Origin: an uncultured Chloroflexia bacterium
GTDB lineage: Bacteria > Chloroflexota > Anaerolineae > CG2-30-64-16
Direction: 5' to 3'
Assembly: GCA_963810095.1 (NCBI GenBank)
Contig: CAWEMM010000011.1
Coordinates: forward strand, 224,001 to 288,000
Length of the DNA stretch: 64,000 nt
Position 1 is the stretch's first letter. Each line of letters starts with the position of its first letter. Position numbers and translations under genes: made by a program. The notes under the pieces were generated by a model, which worked only from the letters and a program-made list of their open reading frames with translations, was not told the DNA's origin and made no database searches. This document shows, one piece after another, positions 54,362 through 63,962 of the stretch.

Positions 54362-55603
54362 GTGACTGAGCAGAACCCGAAACTGAGGCCGCTGGATATC
54401 AAGCCCTACCAGCAGGACGGGCAAAACATGCTCCTGCTGCGCGACCCGCTGGAGCTGTCCGACCACATGCTGGGGCTGCCCCAGCCGCTGGCGCCGCTCC
54501 TGGCCCTGTGCGACGGGACCCGCGATCTCGTCGGCATCCACACCGCGCTGACGGTGCGGTGGGGCGTGCGGGTTAAGGCGAGCATGTTGAACGAAGTGAT
54601 CGACATGCTCGACGAGGCGTGCCTGCTCGACAACGCGCGCTCGCAGGCAGCAATGCGGGTCGCGCTCGAAGCGTACCGGGCGCTCCCTCAGCGGGTCCCT
54701 GCGCTGGCCGGCGGCGCCTACCCGGCCGATGCCGGGGCGCTCGGGCCCTTCCTCGACGCGTTCGACACGAGCGGCGTGTCAAAAGGCTGGGCGCCGCGGG
54801 CTCCCGGCCCGGTTCGGGGCGTGGTCAGCCCCCACATCGACTACGCCCGCGGCGGCCCGGTCTATAAGGCCGTATGGGGCGCGGCGCAGGACGCGGCCCG
54901 CGATGCGGACCTGGCAATCATCTTTGGCACCGACCACAGCGGGGGGCTCGGCAAGGTCACCCCCACCAGGCAGAGCTATGCCACCCCCTACGGGGTGCTG
55001 CCGACCGCCCGCGCGATCGTCGACCGGCTGGCCGAGGCGCTCGGCGCAGACCCCTCGCTCGGCGAGGGCGACGCGTTTGCCGAAGAGCTGCACCACCGCA
55101 GCGAGCACTCGATCGAGCTAGCGAGCGTGTGGCTGCACCACGTGCGCGGCGGCCGGCCGGTGGAGGTTGTGCCCATCCTGTGCGGCTCCTTCGCGGACTT
55201 CGTGGCCGGCCAGGCCGACCCGGCGACTGACGAACGATTTGCGAAGGTCGTGGCGGTGCTGCGAGATGCGATGCGGGGGCGAAACGCGCTGGTCGTCGCC
55301 GCGGCCGACCTCGCGGACGTCGGCCCTGCGTTTGACGGCGACCCTGTCCGAGCCGAGGGACAGGCGAAGTTGCGCCGGGCGGACGACGCGATTCTGGCAG
55401 CGATGGCGGCGGGCAGCGCGGCGCGGTTCTTCTCCGAGCTGCGGGCAGTCGAAGACGCCAACAACGTCTGCGGGCTGCCGCCGATCTACCTGGCGCTCCG
55501 TCTTCTGGGCGAAACGGCCGGCGAGACGGTCGCGTACGACCAGTGCCCGGCCGACGAAGAAAACACCTCGTGGGTGTCGGTGGCGGGCATGCTCTGGCGG
55601 TAG
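54362..55603 (+). CDS. amrB: AmmeMemoRadiSam system protein B (MEMO1 family)
   Basis: PHIDYARG, GTDH, EHSIE, CGLPPI; GTG 2 nt after the glmS stop. Confidence 0.85.
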   Translation: MTEQNPKLRPLDIKPYQQDGQNMLLLRDPLELSDHMLGLPQPLAPLLALCDGTRDLVGIHTALTVRWGVRVKASMLNEVIDMLDEACLLDNARSQAAMRVALEAYRALPQRVPALAGGAYPADAGALGPFLDAFDTSGVSKGWAPRAPGPVRGVVSPHIDYARGGPVYKAVWGAAQDAARDADLAIIFGTDHSGGLGKVTPTRQSYATPYGVLPTARAIVDRLAEALGADPSLGEGDAFAEELHHRSEHSIELASVWLHHVRGGRPVEVVPILCGSFADFVAGQADPATDERFAKVVAVLRDAMRGRNALVVAAADLADVGPAFDGDPVRAEGQAKLRRADDAILAAMAAGSAARFFSELRAVEDANNVCGLPPIYLALRLLGETAGETVAYDQCPADEENTSWVSVAGMLWR

Positions 55604-55736
55604 GCCGGGGGACGAGGCATTCGGACAGCGAGCGCCTACCGGGCGTAGACGTTCATGGCTGGGTCGGCGATCAGAACGCTTCGTCCACCCGCTACGTCGA
55701 CGACGTGCGCATCACGCCGGCACGCTGATCCGCCAT

Positions 55737-55801
55737 TTAGGGGCGAGGCATTCAGACGGCGAGCGCCGAGGGCGCTCGCCGTCTGAATGCCTCGCCCTTA
55801 C
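55737..55801. repeat. long GTAG-like REP palindrome
   Basis: AGGGGCGAGGCATTCAGACGGCGAGCGCC-GAG-GGCGCTCGCCGTCTGAATGCCTCGCCCTT. Confidence 0.85.
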
Positions 55802-55821
55802 GCGCCCTCGGCCGCGCCGCC

Positions 55822-58145
55822 CTACCGGACCGTGATCTCGCCCAGTACCACCGCGTCCCCGCCTGTGCTGGCCGGCAGCCGCACCCCGTCCAGCAGCCCG
55901 TACATCCCCACTTCCACCCGGTACGTACCGGCCGGCGCTTTCGGATCGACCTTGATGCGGTAGCGGTCCACGACGACCTCGCGCGGCGCCCAGCGGGTCG
56001 TGGGGAGCTGGTCGGTCTGCGGCTCGTTGTCCTGCTGGCCCCACAGGAAGTTGCCCCCGTCCGCATTCCAGGTCTCTCCGACCAGGTGGGTAAACACCTT
56101 ATAGCGCTCGGTCAGGACCGCATCCGTCTGCCAGTAGAGCGTCAGGTCGACGTAGTCGCCGGGACGGACGGGATCGGTGGCAAGGTCGTAGCCAAGCAGA
56201 TGCACGTACCCGCCGAAGCGAACTTCCAGCGGGTGTTGTGGGTTGGCGACGGCCGCCCGAGCCGGACCTGCGGCCACGAGTTCGATCGTGCCAAGTTGGG
56301 CCACCTCGCGCCCCTGGTCGCGGAGAACGACATGGTACACGCCGGGCCTCAGGTCAGGCGTGAGCGGCAGGCGGCCGACGACCCGCTGGGTGCCGCTCGT
56401 CACGGTCGGAGGCGGAGGAAGAAGCTCCTGCGGGGCGGTCACCTCCCGCAGTCCCAGTTCCAACAGCGCCCGTCGGTGGGTTCAGCCAGTACACTGTCGC
56501 GTAGAGCGGTATCGCCGATGCGGTAGCGGCGCAGGGGCAGCCGGGGCGCGGCCAGCCGCTGGCCCTCAACTTCCGCCACCGTGCTGAAGGCGGGCAGGGG
56601 CGCCGGCAACGTCCCACATCTCCCCCGCTCGGCCGGCCGTACGCGCGTACAAGCGTCAGCCGGTTCTCGCCAAAATCCCAGTCGGTGCGGGCCGCTGCGT
56701 GCGATTCGAGCCACCCGTGCACCAGGCCCTGCCTGTCGGCCTCCTGCGCCTTGGGCGTCGTGACCACCCACAGCCCCTCGGCCCGCTCCCACACCGGCGC
56801 CAGCAACCCCCCGACGCTCTCGGGCGAGAAGTCCATCCCCGCGGGCGCCTTCTCCCACGGTCCGGGGAATCGCGCCGCGAACAGCGGCCAGTCCTGGTCC
56901 GGATAGAGCAACACCTTGTCGCCGGGCCGTTCGTGCGCCCGGAGCGTATCGACCAGCGACACGTACTGGTCACTTGCAACCCGGCCGGGCAGCACAACCA
57001 CGAGCGCGGCCACGGCGACTGCAGCGACGATGCCGGCGCCGGCGAGCGACAGGGCGCGTCCCACGCGGGGCGGCCCGAGGCGGCCCAACCCGGCGACGCC
57101 CCACCCGAGCAATGCGTAGAAGGTCCCTGCGAGCGGCAGGAAGTAGCGCGGGGCCAGCCGCGGCACGTAAAACGTGCGGCCCGGCAGTGCCGTCAGCGCG
57201 TAGACCATCAGCGCCGGCAGCGCGACGCCGAGCAGCAGCATAACCAGTCCGGCCGTCTGCAAGCGCGTCCGCCGCTTAAGGCTGAGTGTCACGACGCCCG
57301 CAGCAAAAACTGCGAGTACCAGCAGCGCCGGCGCCAGCCACGGCTCGATGTTTTCCGCAATCCCGGTCGTCAGCACGGTCGTGTAGAGCCGGGCGAAGAA
57401 CGCGGGCGAGTATGGTTCGGTCGACGACCAACTCATCATCCGCGGCAACGCGTACGCCAGCCACGGCGCAAACAGCGCGAGGACCGCCACTTGTGCGAGC
57501 GCCCACCGCCCCAGAATGCGCCCGGCGTCGCTCGGCACAGGCGAGGAACACGAGAAACGCGAGGTTGGCGACGAGCGTCACGGTGACAAACAAATACAAC
57601 GTCCACAGGCCGGCCGCCGACGCAAGCACGTACAAGACGAACCAGGCCGCGCCCGGTTGACCATCTGCGTGGGCCTGCCACATCTTGAGCACGGCGTACA
57701 GCGCCAGCGGCGCCCACAGGCTCGCCCACACATACATCCGCAGTTCCTGCGACCAGGTCACCGCGAACGCCGAAAGCGCCAGAAACGCGGCAGCCAACAA
57801 CCCCGCTCGCCGTCCCCCGAGCGTCCGGGCCAGCAGGTACACGCCGGCAACCGCCGCGGTCCCCGCCAGCGCCGAGATGAACCGCATGGGCCATTCGCCG
57901 TCGCCCGTCAGCAGCCACCACCCGCGTTGTATAAGGAAGTACAGCGGGGGATGGACGTCATGCGCAGTCCAGTCAAGGATGCGCAGCACGGGCAGCCGGC
58001 TGGCCCACGCGCTGAGCCCTTCGTCCCACCAGACGTTGTGCTGGTCCAGGCCCCAGAGGCGCAGCGCGAGCGCCATGAGCAGAATCATGCCCAGGATGAG
58101 TCGGGTGGTATGGGTCGACCGGGGAAAGGGTGCTTGCGGGCTCAT
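55822..58145 (-). CDS. GT39-like membrane glycosyltransferase with extracytoplasmic C-terminal domains; several frameshifts
   Basis: WWDE, DVHPPLY, SQELRMY; C-terminal LLGYDL..LTLYW..YKVFTHL..W..EVVVD..PAGTY..VGMY. Confidence 0.82.
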
Positions 58146-58165
58146 GTCGCGAGATAGTATAGCCC

Positions 58166-58198
58166 AGAAACCAGGTTTCTTCGAGAAACCTGGTTTCT
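58166..58198. repeat. family C palindromic repeat
   Basis: AGAAACCAGGTTTCTTCGAGAAACCTGGTTTCT. Confidence 0.85.
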
Positions 58199-58411
58199 TT
58201 CGGGCGCGTGTCGACGCACCTCGCTTGTCCCGGCCGCAGATCCGTCGCGGACTTCCAAAGCTGACGGTGGTATGCGCAGCGCTGACTGCCGGGCCCTCCC
58301 GGTTGCCCACGTCATCCAGATGGTCGCAGGCCTCCCAGTAAGGAGCGAAGTCATTGGCGGTCAAGGGGGCAGGGCCTGGCCCCGGCAAAACCATACAACC
58401 CAACTTTGCTT

Positions 58412-58440
58412 TTGCCACGGCTATGGCGCGGTGCTATAAT
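58412..58440 (+). promoter_or_regulatory. sigma70 promoter of the lepB-BMC operon
   Basis: TTGCCA-17 nt-TATAAT with TG extension. Confidence 0.7.
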
Positions 58441-58473
58441 GACTCGAACAGTCATTGCAAGGAAAGACTACTC

Positions 58474-59153
58474 GTGTCTGAACTCGAACCGACAACAGAA
58501 ACACCGCCGGCCCCCGTCGTCGAGGAAGCCGCCCCCGCCTCCGCCGCTGCGTCGCTTGGCCGCGGCGCGTGGGAGATCGTCCAGATCCTGGTGCTCGCCC
58601 TGCTGATGGTCATGGTGATCCGCAACTTCATCCATAACTATCGAATTGACGGTATCAGCATGGAGCCGAATTTTCACGACCAGCAGTTCCTGATCGTCAA
58701 CCGCTTCGCCTATTGTCCGGGGATCCACGTGGAAATCCCCGTCGTCAACATCTCGCTCTTTGACAAGACGTGGTGTGCGCGGGTTCCCAACCGCGGCGAC
58801 GTCGTCATTTTCCGCTATCCGCGCGACCCTCTCGCGACTTCATCAAGCGAGTCATCGGGCTGCCGGGCGAGACGGTCGAGGTTATTGCAGGCCAGGTTTA
58901 CATTAACGGGGAGCTCATGCCCGAGCCGTTCGGCCCGAACCCGGGGAGCTACAACGCGCCTCCCATTACCGTAGGCCCGGAAGAGGTCTACGTGATGGGC
59001 GACAACCGTAACAACTCGAGCGACTCACACCTCTGGGGGCCCTTGCAACTGGACCACATCATCGGGAAAGCCCTGGTTTCGTACTGGCCTCCGAAGGATT
59101 GGGCCATCGTGCCCCACTACAACCTGACTGACCTAAGTGCGCAGCAGCAATAA
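58474..59153 (+). CDS. lepB: signal peptidase I; frameshift near 58830
   Basis: SMEPNF, RGDVVIF, FIKRVIGLPGE, MGDNRNNSSDS. Confidence 0.93.
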
Positions 59154-59188
59154 GTCCGAGCCTGCCACTTGTGCCAAAGGAGCGCTCC

Positions 59189-59989
59189 TTGGGGCCAACC
59201 GAAGCTGAAGTCCGCGAGATCGTTCGCCGTGTCCTGACGCGGTTGACGGCAGCCCCTGCCCCCACGAGCACGAGCCCTTCGCCCGCCGCGCCGCCATCGG
59301 GCAGCCCGACTCGGCCTGCCGTACGGCGCCTGGTGGACGAGGCGGCAGTGCGCGAACTCGCGCCCGGCTCGCGCTTGAGCATCCCCCGGGGCGCGCTGGT
59401 CACTCCGCTCGCCCGCCAGGTCGCAGAAGAACGCAACATCCTCCTTGAAGAGGCCGGCGCTGCGGCTGCCCCGGGAGCGCGGCAGGGCAAGCCCTCGGCA
59501 GAGGCCCGACCGGGCGCCCGCGGCGCGGCTGCGGCGCAACAGCGGGTCGCGATCGGCGCGGACCACGGCGGCTATCCGCTCAAGGAGACGCTCAAGGCGC
59601 ATTTGCAGTCGCTGGGGTACGAAGTCGTCGACTGTGGGACCAACTCTGCGGACGCCGTGGATTACCCCGACTTCGCCTACGCGGTGGCCCAGCTGGTCGC
59701 CAGCGGCCAGTGCGCCAACGGGATCGTCGTGGACGGTGCGGGCATCGGGTCGTGCATGACGGCCAACAAGGTGCCGGGCGTGCGTGCAGCGATGTGTTAC
59801 GATCATGCCACCGCGATGAACAGCCGCGAGCACAACCACGCCAACGTGCTCACGCTTGGCGCAGGGCTCATTGGCGCCAACCTGGCCAAACAAATCGTGC
59901 AGACATGGCTGGCAACCCCGTACGGTGGGGGCCGGCATGCGGCGCGCGTCGCGAAGATTACGGCTATCGAGAAACGATTTACGAAATGA
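59189..59989 (+). CDS. rpiB: ribose-5-phosphate isomerase B with N-terminal encapsulation peptide and extra domain
   Basis: IGADHGG, DYPD, DGAGIG, ANKVPG, REHNHAN, RHAAR; N-terminal [13 protein letters not shown]; TTG after AAGGAG. Confidence 0.9.
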   Translation: MGPTEAEVREIVRRVLTRLTAAPAPTSTSPSPAAPPSGSPTRPAVRRLVDEAAVRELAPGSRLSIPRGALVTPLARQVAEERNILLEEAGAAAAPGARQGKPSAEARPGARGAAAAQQRVAIGADHGGYPLKETLKAHLQSLGYEVVDCGTNSADAVDYPDFAYAVAQLVASGQCANGIVVDGAGIGSCMTANKVPGVRAAMCYDHATAMNSREHNHANVLTLGAGLIGANLAKQIVQTWLATPYGGGRHAARVAKITAIEKRFTK

Positions 59990-60872
59990 CAGCACCTACC
60001 ACGGGCGCATTGAGCGCCTACTCACTCGACCAACTGGTCGAGATCATTACAAGAGAAGTATTGGCTGCCTATCCTGCAGGCGGCCAGCAGTGCGAAGTCT
60101 GCAAGTCGGGCAACTGCCAGGGTCAGTGCGTCGAGACGAACCCGGACGGCGCGCGGAAGTGGTCAGCGCGGGCGCAGATCGCCTGAGCACGAGCCTTGGG
60201 ATTCGCAACGTTTCGTCCGACATGGCACGCATGATCGACCACACGCTGCTCAAGCCAAACGGCACGGAAGAGCAGATACGCCAGCTGTGCGCCGAGGCTC
60301 GGGAGTTCAGCTTTGCGACCGTGTGCGTTAACCCGGCCTGGGTGCCCCTCTGCGCCGAGCTGCTGCGCGGCAGTCCGGTCAAGGTCTGCACGGTCATCGG
60401 CTTCCCACTCGGCGCCACCCTGCCCGAGGTGAAGGCATTCGAGGCGCAGCGCTGTGCGAACCTGGGCGCCACCGAGCTTGACATGGTCATTAACGTCGGC
60501 GCGCTGAAGTCGCGACTGTACGACCTGGTCGAGGATGACATCGCGGCCGTCGTCGGCGCCGCGCATGGGCTCGGCGCCAGCGTCAAGGTCATCATCGAAG
60601 CCGCGTACCTCACCGACGAAGAGAAGGTCGAGGCGTGTGTCCTCTCCAAGGCTGCCGGCGCCGATTATGTCAAAACTTCGACGGGCTTTGCGGCGACGGG
60701 CGCGACCGTGGAGGACGTGGCTCTCATGCGCCGGGTGGTCGGGCCAGAGATGGGTGTGAAGGCGGCGGGCGGCGTCAAAACGGCCGAGGATGCGAAGGCC
60801 ATGATCGCGGCCGGCGCTACCCGTATCGGCGCAAGCGCCAGCGTGAAAATCCTGAGCGAGCTCAAGAAGTAG
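59986..60872 (+). CDS. deoC: deoxyribose-phosphate aldolase with N-terminal encapsulation peptide and Cys cluster; frameshift near 60157
   Basis: [40 protein letters not shown]. Confidence 0.93.
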
Positions 60873-60882
60873 GGGCGGCGCC

Positions 60883-60915
60883 AGGAAACCCGGTTTCTGG
60901 CCGAAGTCGGGTTTC
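60883..60915. repeat. family C palindromic repeat
   Basis: AGGAAACCCGGTTTCTGGCCGAAGTCGGGTTTC. Confidence 0.7.
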
Positions 60916-60935
60916 ACCCGCACGTGGAGTGGGCG

Positions 60936-61187
60936 ATGTCGCAGCGTGAGTTCATGATCGTGTTGGCCCACACGGGCAATTGCGGTATGTGCCGCGCCCG
61001 GTTGCTCGGCGATCCGCCGGCGGTCTTCAACGGCCGCTCGCTCACCGAGGGCGAGCGAGAGATCCTATCGGGGCTCAAATTCGAGGATTTCCTGACCCCC
61101 GAAAGCCTGTCACGGGCGGCGCATGTGGTGCGCGAGGAACTGGAGCGTTTTTACAGCGAGCCGGTCGTCCGGCTGCGACATCTGTAG
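60936..61187 (+). CDS. small protein, NHLP/Franean1_4349-like with CxxC
   Basis: [35 protein letters not shown]; GGAG RBS. Confidence 0.6.
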   Translation: MSQREFMIVLAHTGNCGMCRARLLGDPPAVFNGRSLTEGEREILSGLKFEDFLTPESLSRAAHVVREELERFYSEPVVRLRHL

Positions 61188-61193
61188 TCGATC

Positions 61194-61226
61194 AGGAACC
61201 GGGTTTCTGGCAGAATTCCGGCTTCT
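61194..61226. repeat. family C palindromic repeat
   Basis: AGGAACCGGGTTTCTGGCAGAATTCCGGCTTCT. Confidence 0.65.
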
Positions 61227-61239
61227 TAAGGAGCAACGA

Positions 61240-61878
61240 ATGGCCGTCGATCTTCGTTCTTACGTCTTCCTCGATAGCCTGCAACCGCAGCACGCGGCAT
61301 TCCTTGGCACGGTGGCCAAGGGCTTTTTGCCGCTGCCCGGCGATGCGTCGCTGTGGATCGAGATTTCCCCCGGCATCGAGATCAACCGGATCACGGACGT
61401 GGCGCTGAAGGCCACGGGCGTGCGGCCCGGGATGCAGATCGTCGAGCGGCTCTACGGCCTGCTCGAGGTTCACTCGGAAAGCCAGGCCGAAGTGCGCGCG
61501 GCCGGCGCGGCGATCCTGGCCGCACTGGGCGCCCGTGAAGAGGACCGCCGCAAGCCGAAGGTCGTCTCGAGCCAGATTATCCGGGCGGTCGACGCGCACC
61601 AGGTGCAACTGATCAACCGGATGCGCCACGGGCACATGCTGCTGGCGGGCGAGACGCTGTACGTGCTCGAGGTCGAGCCAGCCGGGTATGCCGCCTTGGC
61701 AGCCAACGAGGCCGAGAAGGCCGCACACATCAACATCCTGGAAGTGATTGCGTTCGGTTCGTTCGGCCGGGTTTTCCTGGGCGGGGAAGAACGCGATATC
61801 ATGGCCGGCTATGGCGCAGCGCTCGCAGCGATCGAGGCTGTTGGCGGCCGGGTCGAGGCTCAGGGCAAGCGGGAGTAA
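61240..61878 (+). CDS. BMC-T tandem-domain shell protein (CcmP/CsoS1D-like)
   Basis: [56 protein letters not shown]. Confidence 0.92.
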   Translation: MAVDLRSYVFLDSLQPQHAAFLGTVAKGFLPLPGDASLWIEISPGIEINRITDVALKATGVRPGMQIVERLYGLLEVHSESQAEVRAAGAAILAALGAREEDRRKPKVVSSQIIRAVDAHQVQLINRMRHGHMLLAGETLYVLEVEPAGYAALAANEAEKAAHINILEVIAFGSFGRVFLGGEERDIMAGYGAALAAIEAVGGRVEAQGKRE

Positions 61879-61882
61879 TCTC

Positions 61883-61950
61883 AACACAAAGACACAAAGC
61901 CACAAAGCCTTGAGAGGTGTGGTGTGGTTGTGTCTTTGTGCCTTTGTGTT
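61883..61950. repeat. REP-like family B copy
   Basis: AACACAAAGACACAAAGCCACAAAG...TTGTGTCTTTGTGCCTTTGTGTT. Confidence 0.8.
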
Positions 61951-61971
61951 ATCGTACCTTTTGGAGGCAAC

Positions 61972-62262
61972 ATGGCAGAAGCATTGGGCATGATCGAGAC
62001 CAAGGGTTTCGCGGCGATGGTCGAAGCATCAGACGCGATGGTGAAGGCCGCCAAGGTCGAACTGATCGGCTACGAGAAGATTGGCGGCGGGTATGTGACC
62101 GCGATCGTGCGCGGCGACGTCGCCGCGGTCAAAGCAGCGCTCGAAGCGGGCGCGCGCGGCGCGGAGAAGGTGGGGGAGGTCGTCTCCGTCCACGTCATCC
62201 CGCGGCCCCACGAGAACGTCGACCGGGCCCTGCCGCTCGGGCGCCAGCAGTCGAAGGAATAA
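61972..62262 (+). CDS. BMC-H hexameric shell protein (EutM/PduA/CcmK family)
   Basis: [33 protein letters not shown]. Confidence 0.96.
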   Translation: MAEALGMIETKGFAAMVEASDAMVKAAKVELIGYEKIGGGYVTAIVRGDVAAVKAALEAGARGAEKVGEVVSVHVIPRPHENVDRALPLGRQQSKE

Positions 62263-62265
62263 CCT

Positions 62266-62808
62266 ATGCAGAATCTGTGGCGTGAGCTGCGGCCCGGGCC
62301 TAAGACGCCGGACACGATCTATGCCATCGTCGAAATCCCGAAGGGATCGCGCAACAAGTACGAATACAACAAAGAAAACGGCGTGATCGTGCTTGACCGC
62401 GTCCTGTTCTCGTCCCTGCATTACCCGGGCGATTATGGCCTCATCCCGCGCACCTTCTTCGACGACGGCGATCCGCTGGACATCCTCCTGATGACGAACG
62501 AGCCGACTTTCCCCGGGTGCATCATCCAGGCCCGGCCCATCGGCATCTTCCGTATGCTGGACCGCGGGGTCAGTGACGACAAGGTCCTGGCGGTGCCGGC
62601 GACCGACCCGCTCTTCGCCGAGTACCATGACCTGGCCGACGTGCCCCCGCACTTCCTCCACGAGGTCGCGCACTTCTTCGAGGTCTACAAGGATCTCGAA
62701 GGCGCGCGCACGAAGCCCGTGGGCTGGGAAGATGCGGCGGCGGCGAAGAAAGAGATCATGCGCTCCATCAAGATGTTCGACGATCGCTTTGGGTTGCCGG
62801 GCCTCTAA
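62266..62808 (+). CDS. ppa: family I inorganic pyrophosphatase
   Basis: EIPKGSRNKYE, YPGDYG, DGDPLD, DDK, FFEVYK. Confidence 0.95.
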   Translation: MQNLWRELRPGPKTPDTIYAIVEIPKGSRNKYEYNKENGVIVLDRVLFSSLHYPGDYGLIPRTFFDDGDPLDILLMTNEPTFPGCIIQARPIGIFRMLDRGVSDDKVLAVPATDPLFAEYHDLADVPPHFLHEVAHFFEVYKDLEGARTKPVGWEDAAAAKKEIMRSIKMFDDRFGLPGL

Positions 62809-63548
62809 TGGAACTCGTTCCGAATTTGCACCTTGTGGCCGGCGTCGGGTTGGGGGTCAATGCGTACCTCTGGCGGCCGGTGGTGGCGGGGAACGGGCGG
62901 GGCGCGGGTGAAAGCGTCCTGTTCGATTGCGGCTACCCCTGGCAGGCGCCGGCCCTTGTCGACAGCCTCGAACGCCTCGGCTGCCCGATCGACCAGCTCG
63001 CCGCGATCGCAATCACGCACGACGATTACGATCACTCGGGCGCGCTCGCCGAGCTTGTAGCGATGATCGGCGCCGGCGGCCCGGCCATCGTCGCACATCG
63101 ACTGGAAGCCGAGAGCCTCGAGAGCGAGGTGTGGCGCGAGATTCCCCGGCAGAAGAACCTGGGGAGCCTGGTCACCAGCGCGGTGATCGGGCTCGCGTAC
63201 GCGGCCAGGCCGAAGCAGCCCGTGAAGGTCACCCGGCCGGTGGAAGACGGCGCGCAGCTGCCGGGCGGGTGGGTTGCGATCCACACGCCGGGGCACACGC
63301 CGGGCCACCTGGCCTACTGGCAGCCGGACGCCCGCATCCTGATCGCAGGCGACGCGCTCGGTGGCCCGCAGGGCGATGGCGAGATTCGCGCCAACACGGG
63401 CTATTACTCGGTGAACGACGAGGAAGTCATTCGCAGCGTTCGCAAGCTGGCCGCGTTGCAGCCCGATACGATCTGCTTCGGTCACGGCCGCGAGATCGTG
63501 GGGGGCGCCGCGCCACGGCTCGACCGCCTTGCGCGGTCACTGCCGTGA
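62808..63548 (+). CDS. MBL-fold metallo-hydrolase
   Basis: THDDYDHSG, TPGHTPGH, AGDA, FGHG; start overlaps the ppa stop (TAATG). Confidence 0.88.
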   Translation: MELVPNLHLVAGVGLGVNAYLWRPVVAGNGRGAGESVLFDCGYPWQAPALVDSLERLGCPIDQLAAIAITHDDYDHSGALAELVAMIGAGGPAIVAHRLEAESLESEVWREIPRQKNLGSLVTSAVIGLAYAARPKQPVKVTRPVEDGAQLPGGWVAIHTPGHTPGHLAYWQPDARILIAGDALGGPQGDGEIRANTGYYSVNDEEVIRSVRKLAALQPDTICFGHGREIVGGAAPRLDRLARSLP

Positions 63549-63602
63549 ATTGGCATCGCTCCGCTCAGGATGCCCCTCTTCAAGACGGATACGAGGCGTC
63601 GC

Positions 63603-63911
63603 ATGCTCATCGGTAAAGTCGTCGGAACGGTGGTTGCCAGCCGCAAGGAAGAGAAGCTGGAAGGCGTCAAGCTGCTCGTCCTTAAGCAGGTCAGCGTGGA
63701 GGGACAGGTCGGGGCGGCCTACGTGGTCGCGGTCGACGCCGTGGGCGCGGGGCTCGACGAGTACGTGCTGTATGCCAGCGGCTCGTCGGCGCGGCAGACC
63801 CTCGTAACCGATAAACGCCCGGTCGACGCGGTGGTCATGGCGATCATCGACCAGTGGGAAGTCGGCGGCGAGGTCAAGTACCGGAAGGTCGAAGGCGAGT
63901 ACCAGTCCTAA
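63603..63911 (+). CDS. eutN: BMC-P vertex protein (EutN/CcmL family)
   Basis: [43 protein letters not shown]. Confidence 0.94.
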   Translation: MLIGKVVGTVVASRKEEKLEGVKLLVLKQVSVEGQVGAAYVVAVDAVGAGLDEYVLYASGSSARQTLVTDKRPVDAVVMAIIDQWEVGGEVKYRKVEGEYQS

Positions 63912-63962
63912 GTCACGCGTGGACGACGCAGGTTCCGGTCCATCTATGGGATCCATCAGTCT

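Noticed and set aside
12853-60872. Programmed frameshifting or mass pseudogenisation
   Set aside because: Single-base shifts hit essential genes (glmS, lepB) at unrelated positions with no shared slippery motif, and the motifs stay intact. Long-read indel error is the simpler explanation.
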